In this document: piece after piece, positions 55,188 to 64,000 of the stretch
Position numbering within the stretch: position 1 is the stretch's first letter
Layout of the letters: every line of letters begins with the position of its first letter
DNA from: an uncultured Actinomycetes bacterium
GTDB taxonomy: Bacteria; Actinomycetota; UBA4738; HRBIN12
Assembly (NCBI GenBank): GCA_964535065.1
Contig: CAZHRY010000001.1
Span: 43,159 to 107,158 of the forward strand
DNA: 64,000 bases
Direction of reading: 5' to 3'
Notes under the pieces: generated by a model
The model's database searches: none
Seen by the model: only the letters and a program-made list of their open reading frames with translations
What the model was told of the DNA's origin: nothing
Program-made: the position numbers and the translations under genes

Positions 55188-55265
55188 GTTCAAACCACTG
55201 TACCTGCCTGACCTGGGATGTCAAAACGGGACCGCATATCGTCAAGTTGACTGGCGGTTCAAACC
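55188..55265. promoter_or_regulatory. two copies of the cGTTCAAACC / gGTTCAAACC motif 69 bp apart in the TetR/CrtI-like divergent promoter
   Basis: Copies at 55188-55196 and 55257-55265 (extended: ggcggttcaaaccg). The same motif is upstream of the pot-1 substrate-binding protein gene at 35215-35224. Also CAGGTA/TACCTG inverted elements at 55148-55156 and 55199-55206. Confidence 0.4.
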
Positions 55266-55346
55266 GAGTGCATGATAGGCGGGTCTGGCGCCCTTGGCCG
55301 GCGGGGCGCCGCCGGGGGTTAGCGCCGGGGGAAGGACAGAACGATC

Positions 55347-56969
55347 ATGGCTTCCAACGTCTACGACGCCATAGTCATAGGAGGCGGTCACAACGGCCTC
55401 ACGAGCGGGGCGTACTTCGCTCGCGACGGAGCGAAGACCGTCGTTCTCGAGGCTCGGGAGAAGACCGGAGGCGCGGCCGACACGAGCGCGCCGTTCCCCG
55501 ACCACCCTGAGATCAGCGTCACGACCTACTCCTACGTCATGTCCCTGATGCCGCCGACCATCATCAGGGAACTCAAGCTCAAGCAGTTCGGCTACGACGT
55601 GACCCCGTTCGGCCCGTACTTCCAGGCCTATCCCGACGGCCGGGCCGTGACCGTGTACGCCGACGACGCTGCGAAGTCCTACGACTCGATCTCCCAGTTC
55701 TCGAAGAAGGACGCGGACACCTTGCCCAAGTGGGAGGCGTGGCTCAAGGGAGTTGCAGACGTCCTCGGCCCGCTGCTCCTTCAGGTGCCACCCCACGTTG
55801 GGTCGATGAAGCCGATGGACCTCCTGCAGACGGTCCAGACCGCGTGGAAGATGCGCAAGCTGGGCGAGCGCGGCGTCGGCGACGTGACGCGGCTGTTCTC
55901 GATGAGCGTCACCGACCTGCTCAGCGATTGGTTCGAGTCCGACGCGGTCAAGGGGATGCTGGCCGTCAACGGCGTCATCGGCACGTGGGCGGGCCCCGAC
56001 GAGCCCGGGACCGCATACGTGATGCTCCACCACTCGATCGGCGACGTCGGGGACGGCCACCTCGGCTCCTGGGGGTTCCAGCAGGGCGGCATGGGTGCGG
56101 TCAGCGATTCGATCCGGCGCAGCGCCGAGGCGTTCGGATGCGAGATCCGCACGAACGCGAGGGTCAAGAAGATCCTGGTGCGCGGCGGGCGTGTGGTGGG
56201 CGTGGCGCTGGAGAGCGGCGAGGAGCTTCGCGCTCCGGTGGTCGTGAGCGCGATCCATCCCAAGTTCGCGTTCCTGGAACTGCTGGAACGTCTCGAGCTG
56301 CCGGCCGACTTCGTCTGGGACATCGAGCGTTGGAAGACGCGCTCGGGGGTCGTCAAGATCAACGTCGCCCTGGGCGAGCTGCCGGAGTTCTCGTCGCGGC
56401 CCGGCAAGGGCCTGCAGGATCACCACACCGGCTCGGTCGAGCTGTGCTTCTCTACCGAGTATGCGGAGAGGGCGTTCCAGGACGCACACATGGAGCGCAA
56501 GCCTGCCGTCGCGCCTTTCGTGGATGGGACCATCCCGACGACGCTGGACAAGAAGCTGGCGCCGGAGGGTACGCACGTGATGTCGATGTTCACGCAGTGG
56601 GTTCCCGACGACTGGACCCAGGAGCCCCATCGGGAGGAGCTGGATGCCTACGCGAAGAGGATCTTCGACCTCTACGACGAGCTGGCTCCCAACTTCAAGA
56701 GCTCGATCATCGACTATCAGGTGATCGGGCCCTACGACATGGAGCAGGATCTGGGCCTGATCGGCGGGAACATCTTCCACGGCGAGCTATCGGTGGACCA
56801 GCTCTTCCACATGCGGCCGGCACCCGGATACTCGGATTACAGGACGCCGCTCAAGGGCCTGTACCACGGGTCGTGCGCCACCCACGCCGGCGGCGGGGTC
56901 AACGGCATCCCGGGGTGGCAGGCTTACCGCATGGCCAAGAAGGACAAGGCGCTGGGCTCGAAGAAGTAG
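55347..56969 (+). CDS. phytoene-desaturase-family (CrtI-like) NAD(P)/FAD-dependent oxidoreductase, possibly an amine oxidase
   Basis: YDAIVIGGGHNGLTSGAYFARDGAKTVVLEAREKTGGAA (Rossmann GxGxxG plus downstream E). 540 aa. Paralogue of the partial gene at 62895. Confidence 0.8.
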   Translation: MASNVYDAIVIGGGHNGLTSGAYFARDGAKTVVLEAREKTGGAADTSAPFPDHPEISVTTYSYVMSLMPPTIIRELKLKQFGYDVTPFGPYFQAYPDGRAVTVYADDAAKSYDSISQFSKKDADTLPKWEAWLKGVADVLGPLLLQVPPHVGSMKPMDLLQTVQTAWKMRKLGERGVGDVTRLFSMSVTDLLSDWFESDAVKGMLAVNGVIGTWAGPDEPGTAYVMLHHSIGDVGDGHLGSWGFQQGGMGAVSDSIRRSAEAFGCEIRTNARVKKILVRGGRVVGVALESGEELRAPVVVSAIHPKFAFLELLERLELPADFVWDIERWKTRSGVVKINVALGELPEFSSRPGKGLQDHHTGSVELCFSTEYAERAFQDAHMERKPAVAPFVDGTIPTTLDKKLAPEGTHVMSMFTQWVPDDWTQEPHREELDAYAKRIFDLYDELAPNFKSSIIDYQVIGPYDMEQDLGLIGGNIFHGELSVDQLFHMRPAPGYSDYRTPLKGLYHGSCATHAGGGVNGIPGWQAYRMAKKDKALGSKK

Positions 56970-57013
56970 TGGGGAGTCCAGAGGGATCGGGAGCCGGAGG
57001 AGGCCTCGAGCGG

Positions 57014-59113
57014 ATGCTCGAGGCTCGGTCCGTCGCGGTCGTCGGCGCCTCCGTCAAGGAGGGCTCGCTCGGCGCGCAGATGATGACCGAGCTGCGCCGA
57101 GGGGGGTTCGACGGCTCGGTCTACCCGGTCAACCCTGGGTACGAAGAGGTAGACGGATACACCTGCTTCCCTTCGATACTCGAGGTGCCTGAGCCGCCCG
57201 ACCTGGCCATCATCGGCGTGGCCAATGCCCGCATCGAAGCGGCCGTCGGTGACGCGGTCAAGGCCGGTGCGGGGAGCATCGTGACCTTCTCCTCTCTGCA
57301 CGAGGAGCCGGACGACCGGCCCAGCCCCGATGCGCCGTCGCTGCGCGAGCGGGTCGCCGCGATCTGCGCGCAGCATGGGGTCCCGCTCTGTGGAGGCAAC
57401 GGCATGGGGTTCATGAACGAGGAGCGCCGTCTGCGGGCGACGGGGTTCCCGACGCCGGAGGGCTCGAGGATGGGGCCCGTGACCTTCATCTCACATTCGG
57501 GTTCCGCCTTCGCTGCCTTCGCGTTCAACGACAGGCAGATCGGCTTCAACCTGCTGATCTCCAGCGGCCAGGAGATCGTCACGACGATGGGCGAGTACAT
57601 GGAGTACGCGCTCGGACTGCCTTCGACCCGGGTGCTCGCGTTGCTGCTCGAAACGGTGCGGAACCCGTCCCTGTTCATCTCGCAGCTCGCGCGCGCCGCC
57701 GAACTCGACATCCCCGTGATAGCTCTGAAGGTCGGCAGGACCGAGAGCGCCAAGGCGATGGTCACGGCACACTCGGGGGCCTTGGCGGGCGAGCATGGCG
57801 CCTACGAGGCTCTGTTCGACGCCTACGGGGTGCACGAGGTTCGGTCGGTGGACGAGCTAGCGGACACGATCGAGTTGTTCGCATGCCCGAGGCGCGTCAC
57901 ATCCGGCGCTGGGATCGCGAGCGTTCACGACAGCGGCGGGGAGCGGGCGCTCTTCGTGGACCAGGCACACGACGAGGGCGCCTTCCTGGCGAACGTGTCC
58001 GATGAAACCCTGCGCCGCATACAGGACACGCTGGATCCTGGGCTAGAAGCGGCCAACCCCCTCGACGCCTGGGGGACGGGGATCGACGCCGATCGCATCT
58101 TCCGGGATTCCTTCATGGCGTTCGCGGACGATCCCGAGGTGGCCGCGCTGGCCTTCGTCGTCGACCTGACCAGGCAGGGAGAGCCGTACGACGAGGGCTA
58201 CCTGCAGATCGCGCGGGACGTCTTCGCCGCGACCACCAAACCTTTCTGCGTACTGTCCAACCTTCCAGCGGCCATCGCAGCCGAAGAGGTGAGGCTGCTC
58301 CGTGACGCGGGCATACCCGTGCTCGAGGGGACGGCGAGCGGGCTCAGGGCGCTGAGGCATCTGATACTCGACCGGGACTTCCGTGCTCGTCCCGATCCCG
58401 AGATCGCCCCTGTGCCGGCAGCGGTACGCGACCGCTGGCGGGCCCGGCTGAGTGAGGGTGGAGAGATCCGGGAACTGGAGGGCTTGGCGCTGTTCGCGGA
58501 CTACGGCATCCCGGTCGTGGAGGCTGCCGCCGCCGCGACCGCCGAGGAGGCGGTCGCGGCGGCGGGCACGATCGGGTATCCGGTCGTCCTGAAGACGGCC
58601 GCACCCGGGGTACACCACAAATCCGACGTCGGGGGCGTGAAGGTCGGCCTGGAAGGACCTGAGGAGCTGGTCGCGGCGTACGAGGAGATGTCGAGCAGGC
58701 TGGGGCCCGAGGTCGCCGTGGCGGCGATGGCCCCCGATGGCGTCGAGGTGGCGCTCGGCGTGGTCAGAGATCCCACGTTCGGCCCACTCGTGCTGGTCGC
58801 GGCGGGCGGCGTGCTGGTGGAACTGCTGAAGGACCGCAGGCTAGGACTCCCACCGCTCGACCGGCGCGCCGCCCGCCGCTTGATCGACGGATTGAAGATC
58901 CGCCCGATACTGGACGGTGTCCGCGGCGCGCCGGCCGCCGACGTGGACGCGCTGGCACGGGCCGTCTCTGCGCTGGCGACGCTGGCCTCCGACCTGGGAG
59001 ATCGCCTGGACGCCCTGGATGCCAACCCGGTGATCGTCTCGCCTTCGGGCTGCGTGGCCGTGGACGCTCTCGTGATCCCCCGAGCGCCGCAGGACCAGCC
59101 GCCCTTGCCCTGA
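57014..59113 (+). CDS. acyl-CoA synthetase (NDP-forming; fused alpha/beta), paralogue of 36865..38970
   Basis: Start at MLEARSVAVVGAS (CoA-binding motif) with a GGAGGAGG ribosome-binding site. 699 aa. The ORF-track 1127-aa version is an upstream frame run-on through the CrtI-like gene. Confidence 0.8.
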   Translation: MLEARSVAVVGASVKEGSLGAQMMTELRRGGFDGSVYPVNPGYEEVDGYTCFPSILEVPEPPDLAIIGVANARIEAAVGDAVKAGAGSIVTFSSLHEEPDDRPSPDAPSLRERVAAICAQHGVPLCGGNGMGFMNEERRLRATGFPTPEGSRMGPVTFISHSGSAFAAFAFNDRQIGFNLLISSGQEIVTTMGEYMEYALGLPSTRVLALLLETVRNPSLFISQLARAAELDIPVIALKVGRTESAKAMVTAHSGALAGEHGAYEALFDAYGVHEVRSVDELADTIELFACPRRVTSGAGIASVHDSGGERALFVDQAHDEGAFLANVSDETLRRIQDTLDPGLEAANPLDAWGTGIDADRIFRDSFMAFADDPEVAALAFVVDLTRQGEPYDEGYLQIARDVFAATTKPFCVLSNLPAAIAAEEVRLLRDAGIPVLEGTASGLRALRHLILDRDFRARPDPEIAPVPAAVRDRWRARLSEGGEIRELEGLALFADYGIPVVEAAAAATAEEAVAAAGTIGYPVVLKTAAPGVHHKSDVGGVKVGLEGPEELVAAYEEMSSRLGPEVAVAAMAPDGVEVALGVVRDPTFGPLVLVAAGGVLVELLKDRRLGLPPLDRRAARRLIDGLKIRPILDGVRGAPAADVDALARAVSALATLASDLGDRLDALDANPVIVSPSGCVAVDALVIPRAPQDQPPLP

Positions 59114-59142
59114 GGGCGCCGGTCGGGCATCATCCGCCTGCG

Positions 59143-59505
59143 ATGGGCGTTTTCGGAAGCTCCGGCCAGGCACCCAACCCGATGGGTGCGATGGGCATCC
59201 TCACCGGGTTCATAGGGACGGCCTTCAGCGTCGTCCTCTGGATCCACCACTACCAACCCGACACCGGCATGCTGGGCACCTACTCCACCCAGATCGCGGG
59301 TGGTGGGCCGCTCGCCGACCAGCTGCGACTGCTGGCAGCCACGTTCGGCGCGCTGGGCGTGATCGCGGGGATCGGCGCCGGCCTCGGCGGCAGGGGGAGC
59401 GCCACGACGGTGGCCTCGCTGCTGCTGGGCATCGCAGCGCTGTCCTATCCGGTGCTCACGTGGGTCAACGTGGTCCAGCGCTTCGTGCCCAACCCGGTTG
59501 GCTGA
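59143..59505 (+). CDS. hypothetical small membrane protein
   Basis: 120 aa with 3 hydrophobic helices (ILTGFIGTAFSVVLWI..., LLAATFGALGVIAGIGAGL, LLLGIAALSYPVLTWV). Immediately downstream of the acyl-CoA synthetase gene. Confidence 0.45.
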   Translation: MGVFGSSGQAPNPMGAMGILTGFIGTAFSVVLWIHHYQPDTGMLGTYSTQIAGGGPLADQLRLLAATFGALGVIAGIGAGLGGRGSATTVASLLLGIAALSYPVLTWVNVVQRFVPNPVG

Positions 59506-59545
59506 CGCCAAGAGCTGAGCCGGTTACCGGTTCGGTTCGCGGGAT

Positions 59546-60724
59546 TCAGGCGCCGGGCCACCCGGTGTAGGCTCCGGGCCCTCTCTTGCGCAGCTCGTTG
59601 CCTATGATCATCCGCTGTATCTCGGATGTCCCCTCCCATATCCGGTCCACGCGGAGCTCGCGGTAGAGACGCTCGACGGGCTGCTCGCGCATGTATCCGC
59701 GTCCGCCGTGTATCTGAACCGCCCTGTCGATCACACGTCCCGCCGTCTCGCTGCAGACCAGCTTCACGGCGCTGGCCATGGCGTGCGTCTGCTTCCGGTC
59801 GGCGCCGCCCCGTGCCGCCTCCCAGCACACCCGATACAGCATGGATTTCGCGGCCATGATCTCGGCGGCCATGTCGGCCAGCATGAACTCGACCGCCTGG
59901 AAGTCGACGATCGGCCTGCCGAACTGCTCCCGGCGCTGAGCGAACTCCAGCGACAGCTCGAGCGCCCGTGCGGAGGCGCCCATGGTCCTGGCGCCGATCA
60001 TCAGCCTCTCCTCCACGAACCAATCCTTGGTCAGATCGAACCCTTCGCCCACCTCGCCAAGGACCCGGTCGTCTCCGACCCTGACGTCCTCGAACGCGAA
60101 GATCGGGTGCTCGAACACGAACGTATGCATGTACTTCGGGGTGCGAACGAGGCGAACGCCCGGCATATCCTTGTCCACAAGGAAGATCGTGGCCTTGGCG
60201 GGATCACCGTCCACATGGGCATGGACCAGGAAGAAGTCCGCGACGTCCCCGCTGGTCACGTGCCACTTGGTCCCGTTGAGCACCCACTCGCCGCCGTCGC
60301 GCCGGGCTGTGGTCTCCACGTAGGTGACGTCCGAGCCTGCCCCCGCTTCCGTGATGGCGTAGGCGTCGCGCCGCTCACCCCGGCAGGCGGGACGGAGGAA
60401 CCGCTCCTTCTGTTCCTCGGTTCCGCGAGCCAGCGGTATCGACGGGCGCCAAGGGATGTCCCACAAGGCTCCGGTCGCGCGTCCCCACTGCTCTTCGATC
60501 AGCATGACCTGGAAGGGGTCGTAGCCCTTCCCGCCGTCCTCCACCGAGTGGTTGATCGCCTGGAAGTCCCAGTCGATCACCGCCTGCTTCGCCTTCGCAT
60601 GGCTCTCTAGCGAAAGCCCGTCGTTCTCTTCGCATTCGTCCTCCAGCGGGATGAGAACCTGCTCGGCGAAGTCACGAGCCTTCCGTGCGAGTTCGCGGTC
60701 TTCGGGGGTGAGTCGTATGTCCAA
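59546..60724 (-). CDS. acyl-CoA dehydrogenase
   Basis: TTG start (MDIRLTPEDRELARKARDF...) with an AGGAG ribosome-binding site 6 nt upstream. YAITEAGAGSD, HGGRGYMRE and IWEGTSEIQR. The ORF-track N-terminal extension is rejected. Confidence 0.8.
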   Translation of the reverse strand: MDIRLTPEDRELARKARDFAEQVLIPLEDECEENDGLSLESHAKAKQAVIDWDFQAINHSVEDGGKGYDPFQVMLIEEQWGRATGALWDIPWRPSIPLARGTEEQKERFLRPACRGERRDAYAITEAGAGSDVTYVETTARRDGGEWVLNGTKWHVTSGDVADFFLVHAHVDGDPAKATIFLVDKDMPGVRLVRTPKYMHTFVFEHPIFAFEDVRVGDDRVLGEVGEGFDLTKDWFVEERLMIGARTMGASARALELSLEFAQRREQFGRPIVDFQAVEFMLADMAAEIMAAKSMLYRVCWEAARGGADRKQTHAMASAVKLVCSETAGRVIDRAVQIHGGRGYMREQPVERLYRELRVDRIWEGTSEIQRMIIGNELRKRGPGAYTGWPGA

Positions 60725-60789
60725 GTCGAGCTCCTGGGATGTAGGGTTCGCCCGGAGTGTAGGGCGAGTCTGAGGGGGAGAGTGAGCCG

Positions 60790-61992
60790 GTGACCAGGAC
60801 GCTGTTCCGAGGCGGGAAGGTATTCGACGGCACGGGAGCACCGCTGGCCGAGGCCGACGTCGTGATCGAGGACGGCCTGATAGTCGATGTCGGTTCGGGC
60901 CTGGACGGCGATGACGAGGTTAACTGCACGGGAAAGGCTCTCCTCCCGGGGCTGTTCGACTGCCATATCCACCTCGCAGGCCGCTACGAGGATGACGAGC
61001 TGACCGTCCAGCATCGCCCCTTCTCGTACGGCTTCTTCTTGATCCCGGAGAACCTGCGCAAGACGCTCGCGCTCGGCATCACGACGGTCCGCGACGCCGG
61101 TGGCGCCGACCTCGGTCTCAAGAAGGCGGTCGAGGACGGGGTGTTGGTCGGGCCGCGCATGCACGTGGCGATCACGATGCTCAGCCAGACCGGCGGTCAC
61201 AACGATGAGTGGCTCCCGAGTGGCGGCCGCTCCGCGAGCTGGGTCACCTACCCGGGGTTCCCCGACGGCGTCTGCGACGGTGCCGAGGGCGTTCGGTTGA
61301 AGGTACGTGAGGTTGTTCGAGCCGGCGCCGATGTGATCAAGATCGCGTCCAGCGGCGGGTTCTTCTCGCCGTCCGACGATCCGAAGCACCCGCACTTCGC
61401 GCAGGACGAGCTGAACGAGATCGTCAGGACGGCGGCCGACCTCGGCGTGTGGGTGATGTCGCATGCTCACGGACCCGAAGGGATCAAGCGAGCGGTGCGG
61501 GCGGGCGTTCGTTCGATCGAGCACGGAACCTACCTGGACGAAGAGGCCGCCGAGATGATGGTCGAAGCCGGGACCTGGCTGGTTCCCACGCTCACGGCCG
61601 GAGACACGACCGAGGAGCTGGCGAACGACCCGAAGCTGGCGCCCGAGATCCGGGCCAAGTTCGTCGGGCTGGGAAGGCCCGAGTTCGACGCGATGCGTCT
61701 TGCCGCCGAGGCGGGCGTGAAGGTGGCTATGGGAACCGACTGCCCGGTCGCTCCGCACGGGTGGAACCTTCACGAGCTGAAGCACATGGCAGCCAACGGG
61801 TTCACGCCGGAGCAGGCGCTCGTGGCAGCTACGTCCAGCGCTGCCGAGCTGATGGGGTTGCAGGACGAGCTGGGGACGCTGTCGGCGGGCAAGCGGGCCG
61901 ACGTCGTCGTCGTGGGAGGCGACCCGTTCGACTTCGAGACCCTGGACGGGCGGATCGAGCAGGTCTGGAAAGACGGCGCGCGGGTCGTCTGA
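60790..61992 (+). CDS. metal-dependent amidohydrolase family protein
   Basis: ALLPGLFDCHIHL (HxH metal ligands), SHAHGPEGI and GTDCPVAPHG. 400 aa. GTG start. Confidence 0.8.
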   Translation: MTRTLFRGGKVFDGTGAPLAEADVVIEDGLIVDVGSGLDGDDEVNCTGKALLPGLFDCHIHLAGRYEDDELTVQHRPFSYGFFLIPENLRKTLALGITTVRDAGGADLGLKKAVEDGVLVGPRMHVAITMLSQTGGHNDEWLPSGGRSASWVTYPGFPDGVCDGAEGVRLKVREVVRAGADVIKIASSGGFFSPSDDPKHPHFAQDELNEIVRTAADLGVWVMSHAHGPEGIKRAVRAGVRSIEHGTYLDEEAAEMMVEAGTWLVPTLTAGDTTEELANDPKLAPEIRAKFVGLGRPEFDAMRLAAEAGVKVAMGTDCPVAPHGWNLHELKHMAANGFTPEQALVAATSSAAELMGLQDELGTLSAGKRADVVVVGGDPFDFETLDGRIEQVWKDGARVV

Positions 61993-62011
61993 GGCGAGCG
62001 GGTAGCGCTCG

Positions 62012-62851
62012 ATGTTCTCTCTCGTCCTGGCCTTGGTGTCGGGCCTTTCTTGGGGGGCCGCCGACTTCGTCGGCGGCCTCATGACGAGGAGGCTTCCACC
62101 TCAGGTGGTGCTCCTGGTCAGCCAGGGATCGGGCCTAGTGCTTACCGGCGCCCTCGTGCTGGCTTCAGGTGGCCCCGTCCCCGAGGCACGGCTCTTGGTC
62201 TACGGCCTGCTCGGGGGGGTTGCGGGATCCGTGGGCCTCGCCTGCCTCTACGCAGGGCTGGCGGTCGGTCCGATGAGCGTCGTGGCGCCGACCGCGGCCC
62301 TGTCGGGGATCGTCCCGGTTGTCGCCGGTTTCATCCAAGGGGACCGCCCGGCCATGATGCAGCTCACCGGGATGGGCCTGGCTGGAGCCGGAGTCGTCCT
62401 TGCCGCGCGGACCCGGGATGAGGATGGAAGGGGAAAGGGCTTCTCGAGGGGTTTCGCACTGGCTCTGATGGCGGCCCTGTTCCTCGGGTTGCTCGTACTC
62501 TCGCTGGATGCGGCGGGGCAAGGTGGCGCCCTTTGGGCTGCATTCATGGTTCGCGCCTCGTCGGTGCCGATCCTGTTCGTCGCATGGTTGCTGCGCTCGG
62601 ACCGGCGTGCGCCTACCCGCCGGCAACTCGGAGCTCTGGTCGCGGTGGGCGCTTTCGACAACATGGCGAACGTGCTGTTCGCCCTCGCCTCTCGCGAAGG
62701 GCTCCTCACCCTGACGGCGGTCTTGGGTTCGCTCTATCCGGTGTCGACCGTTCTGCTGGCTCGCGGGTTCCTGCACGAGCGGCTGCTGCGCCATCAGACG
62801 ATGGGTGTCGTGGCCGCCTTTGCCGGCGTGGCGTTGATGGCGGCCGGGTAG
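62012..62851 (+). CDS. EamA/DMT family transporter
   Basis: 279 aa, 10 transmembrane helices, with duplicated EamA halves (SWGAADFVGG ... YPVSTVLLARGFLHERL). Confidence 0.7.
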   Translation: MFSLVLALVSGLSWGAADFVGGLMTRRLPPQVVLLVSQGSGLVLTGALVLASGGPVPEARLLVYGLLGGVAGSVGLACLYAGLAVGPMSVVAPTAALSGIVPVVAGFIQGDRPAMMQLTGMGLAGAGVVLAARTRDEDGRGKGFSRGFALALMAALFLGLLVLSLDAAGQGGALWAAFMVRASSVPILFVAWLLRSDRRAPTRRQLGALVAVGAFDNMANVLFALASREGLLTLTAVLGSLYPVSTVLLARGFLHERLLRHQTMGVVAAFAGVALMAAG

Positions 62852-62894
62852 TCTCGCTTGTGAAGCCGGCAGCGCGGCGGCTAGCCTGCGTCAC

Positions 62895-64000
62895 ATGGGA
62901 ACTACCGAACGAGATGTCGTCATCGTGGGCGGAGGGCACAACGGCTTGGCCTGCGCCATCTACCTGGCCAGGGCGGGCATGGACGTTCTCGTCCTGGAGA
63001 AGCGCGGGATCCTGGGTGGAGCGTCGGCGACCGAGGAGATGTGGGGCGGCTACAGGATCTCCAGCGCGTCCTACGTCGTCTCGCTCATGCCCGACCGGAT
63101 CGTGGCCGAGCTGGGCTTGAAGCGTCACGGGTACGAGGTCTCGATCATCACCCCTGACTACTTCGTGCCTTTCCCGGACGGGACGGCGCTGACGCTTTGG
63201 GGCGACATGAAGCGCGATCGGGAGGGCATCGCCAAGCTCAGCCCCCACGACGCCGACGCGTACGTGGAGTTCGACACCTACTTCGAGCGCATCGCCGGCC
63301 TGATGAAGGAGCTGCTGTTCGTCGTTCCGCCGAACATGAGGCTCGCTGAGCTTCCCGCCTGGGTGCGGACCGCCGCCCGGCTACGCGACTGGACGGGGCG
63401 CGACATCCACGAGCTGGTTCGCCTGTTCACGATGAGCGCTGCGGACTTCCTGGATGAGTGGTTCGAGGATCCGCGAGTGAAGGGAGCGATGGCCACCCAA
63501 GCGATCGTCGGAGCCTGGGCGGGTCCGATGACCCCAGGGTCCGCCTACGTCCTGATGCACCACTGGATAGGAGAGGTGGACGGGCACTTCGGGGCGTGGG
63601 GCTGGGTCAAGGACGGGATGGGCGGTGTGGCAGCAGCCATGGCTTCGGCAGCGCGAGAGGCCGGCGTCGAGATTAGGACCGACTCGCCGGTGGCTCGGGT
63701 GGCCGTGAACAGCCTGGGACGGGCCACGGGGGTCGAACTGGAGGACGGAACGCTCATACGAGCCAGGCAGGTCGTCGCCAACACACACCCGATCACGACG
63801 TATTTGGATCTGATCGGGCGTGAACACCTGCCGGCCGACGTGGTGAGGGACGTGGAACGGCTGCGCACTCGGAGCGGGAGCGTCAAGGTAAACATCGCCC
63901 TGTCGGAGCTGCCCGTGTTCCCGCAGTGGGATCAGGAGGGCGACGTTCACAAGGGACTGATGGCGGTCTCGCCGAGCATGGAGTACCTGGAGAAGGCGTT
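62895..64000 (+). CDS. phytoene-desaturase-family (CrtI-like) FAD oxidoreductase, 5' partial (runs off the window end)
   Basis: Not in the ORF track because there is no stop in the window. ATG at 62895: MGTTERDVVIVGGGHNGLACAIYLARAGMDVLVLEKRGILGGAS... The frame stays open to 64000 and is collinear with the 55347 paralogue (WKTRSGVVKINVALGELPEF vs LRTRSGSVKVNIALSELPVF). Confidence 0.75.
   Translation, partial: MGTTERDVVIVGGGHNGLACAIYLARAGMDVLVLEKRGILGGASATEEMWGGYRISSASYVVSLMPDRIVAELGLKRHGYEVSIITPDYFVPFPDGTALTLWGDMKRDREGIAKLSPHDADAYVEFDTYFERIAGLMKELLFVVPPNMRLAELPAWVRTAARLRDWTGRDIHELVRLFTMSAADFLDEWFEDPRVKGAMATQAIVGAWAGPMTPGSAYVLMHHWIGEVDGHFGAWGWVKDGMGGVAAAMASAAREAGVEIRTDSPVARVAVNSLGRATGVELEDGTLIRARQVVANTHPITTYLDLIGREHLPADVVRDVERLRTRSGSVKVNIALSELPVFPQWDQEGDVHKGLMAVSPSMEYLEKA

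Noticed and set aside
1-64000. Search for rRNA, tRNA, CRISPR arrays, IS elements, integrases or phage genes
   Set aside because: I saw no cloverleaf-compatible tRNA-like segments in the few intergenic regions over 100 bp, no repeat-spacer arrays, no transposase/integrase/recombinase motifs, and no terminal inverted repeats flanking any block. The window looks like core chromosome, not a mobile island.

Overview
This window is a high-GC (roughly 68-70%) stretch of actinobacterial-type chromosome, densely packed with about 60 protein-coding genes on both strands. Many neighbouring genes overlap by 4 bp at start/stop codons (ATGA/GTGA/TTGA). Several convergent gene pairs have no gap or overlap (TGATCA at 4384-4389 and 12850-12855; CTAG at 22988-22991 and 52548-52551). 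I found no rRNA, tRNA, CRISPR array, transposase or integrase. The window carries the following gene groups, from start to end:
- exported hydrolases: Cys-type sulfatase and a PLC/AcpA-family phosphoesterase, plus a SAM methyltransferase
- a long-form KamA-family radical-SAM aminomutase flanked by small unknown proteins
- two sensor-GGDEF-EAL c-di-GMP proteins, one with a degenerate GGDEF
- a fused split-type transketolase, divergent from a plant/cyanobacterial-type phosphoribulokinase homologue
- a DEAD-box helicase; a tdh...kbl threonine catabolism pair; a TetR/MMPL pair; an F420-type LLM oxidoreductase
- a putative polyamine uptake/catabolism island: two potABCD-like ABC importers, a SpuC-like aminotransferase, alanine dehydrogenase, aldehyde dehydrogenase and FAD oxidoreductases
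- a Phd/VapC toxin-antitoxin pair; nucleoside hydrolase-ribokinase
- two paralogous modules built around NDP-forming acyl-CoA synthetases with EamA transporters, acyl-CoA dehydrogenases and CrtI-like FAD oxidoreductases
The most interesting non-coding signals are: a near-palindromic GGTTCAAACC motif shared between the pot-1 promoter and the TetR/CrtI-like divergent promoter; a perfect 16-bp intercistronic hairpin; GC-rich palindromic terminators; and short direct repeats in two promoter regions. Most of the long antisense or alternate-frame ORFs in the six-frame track are GC-driven shadows of these genes, and I rejected them.
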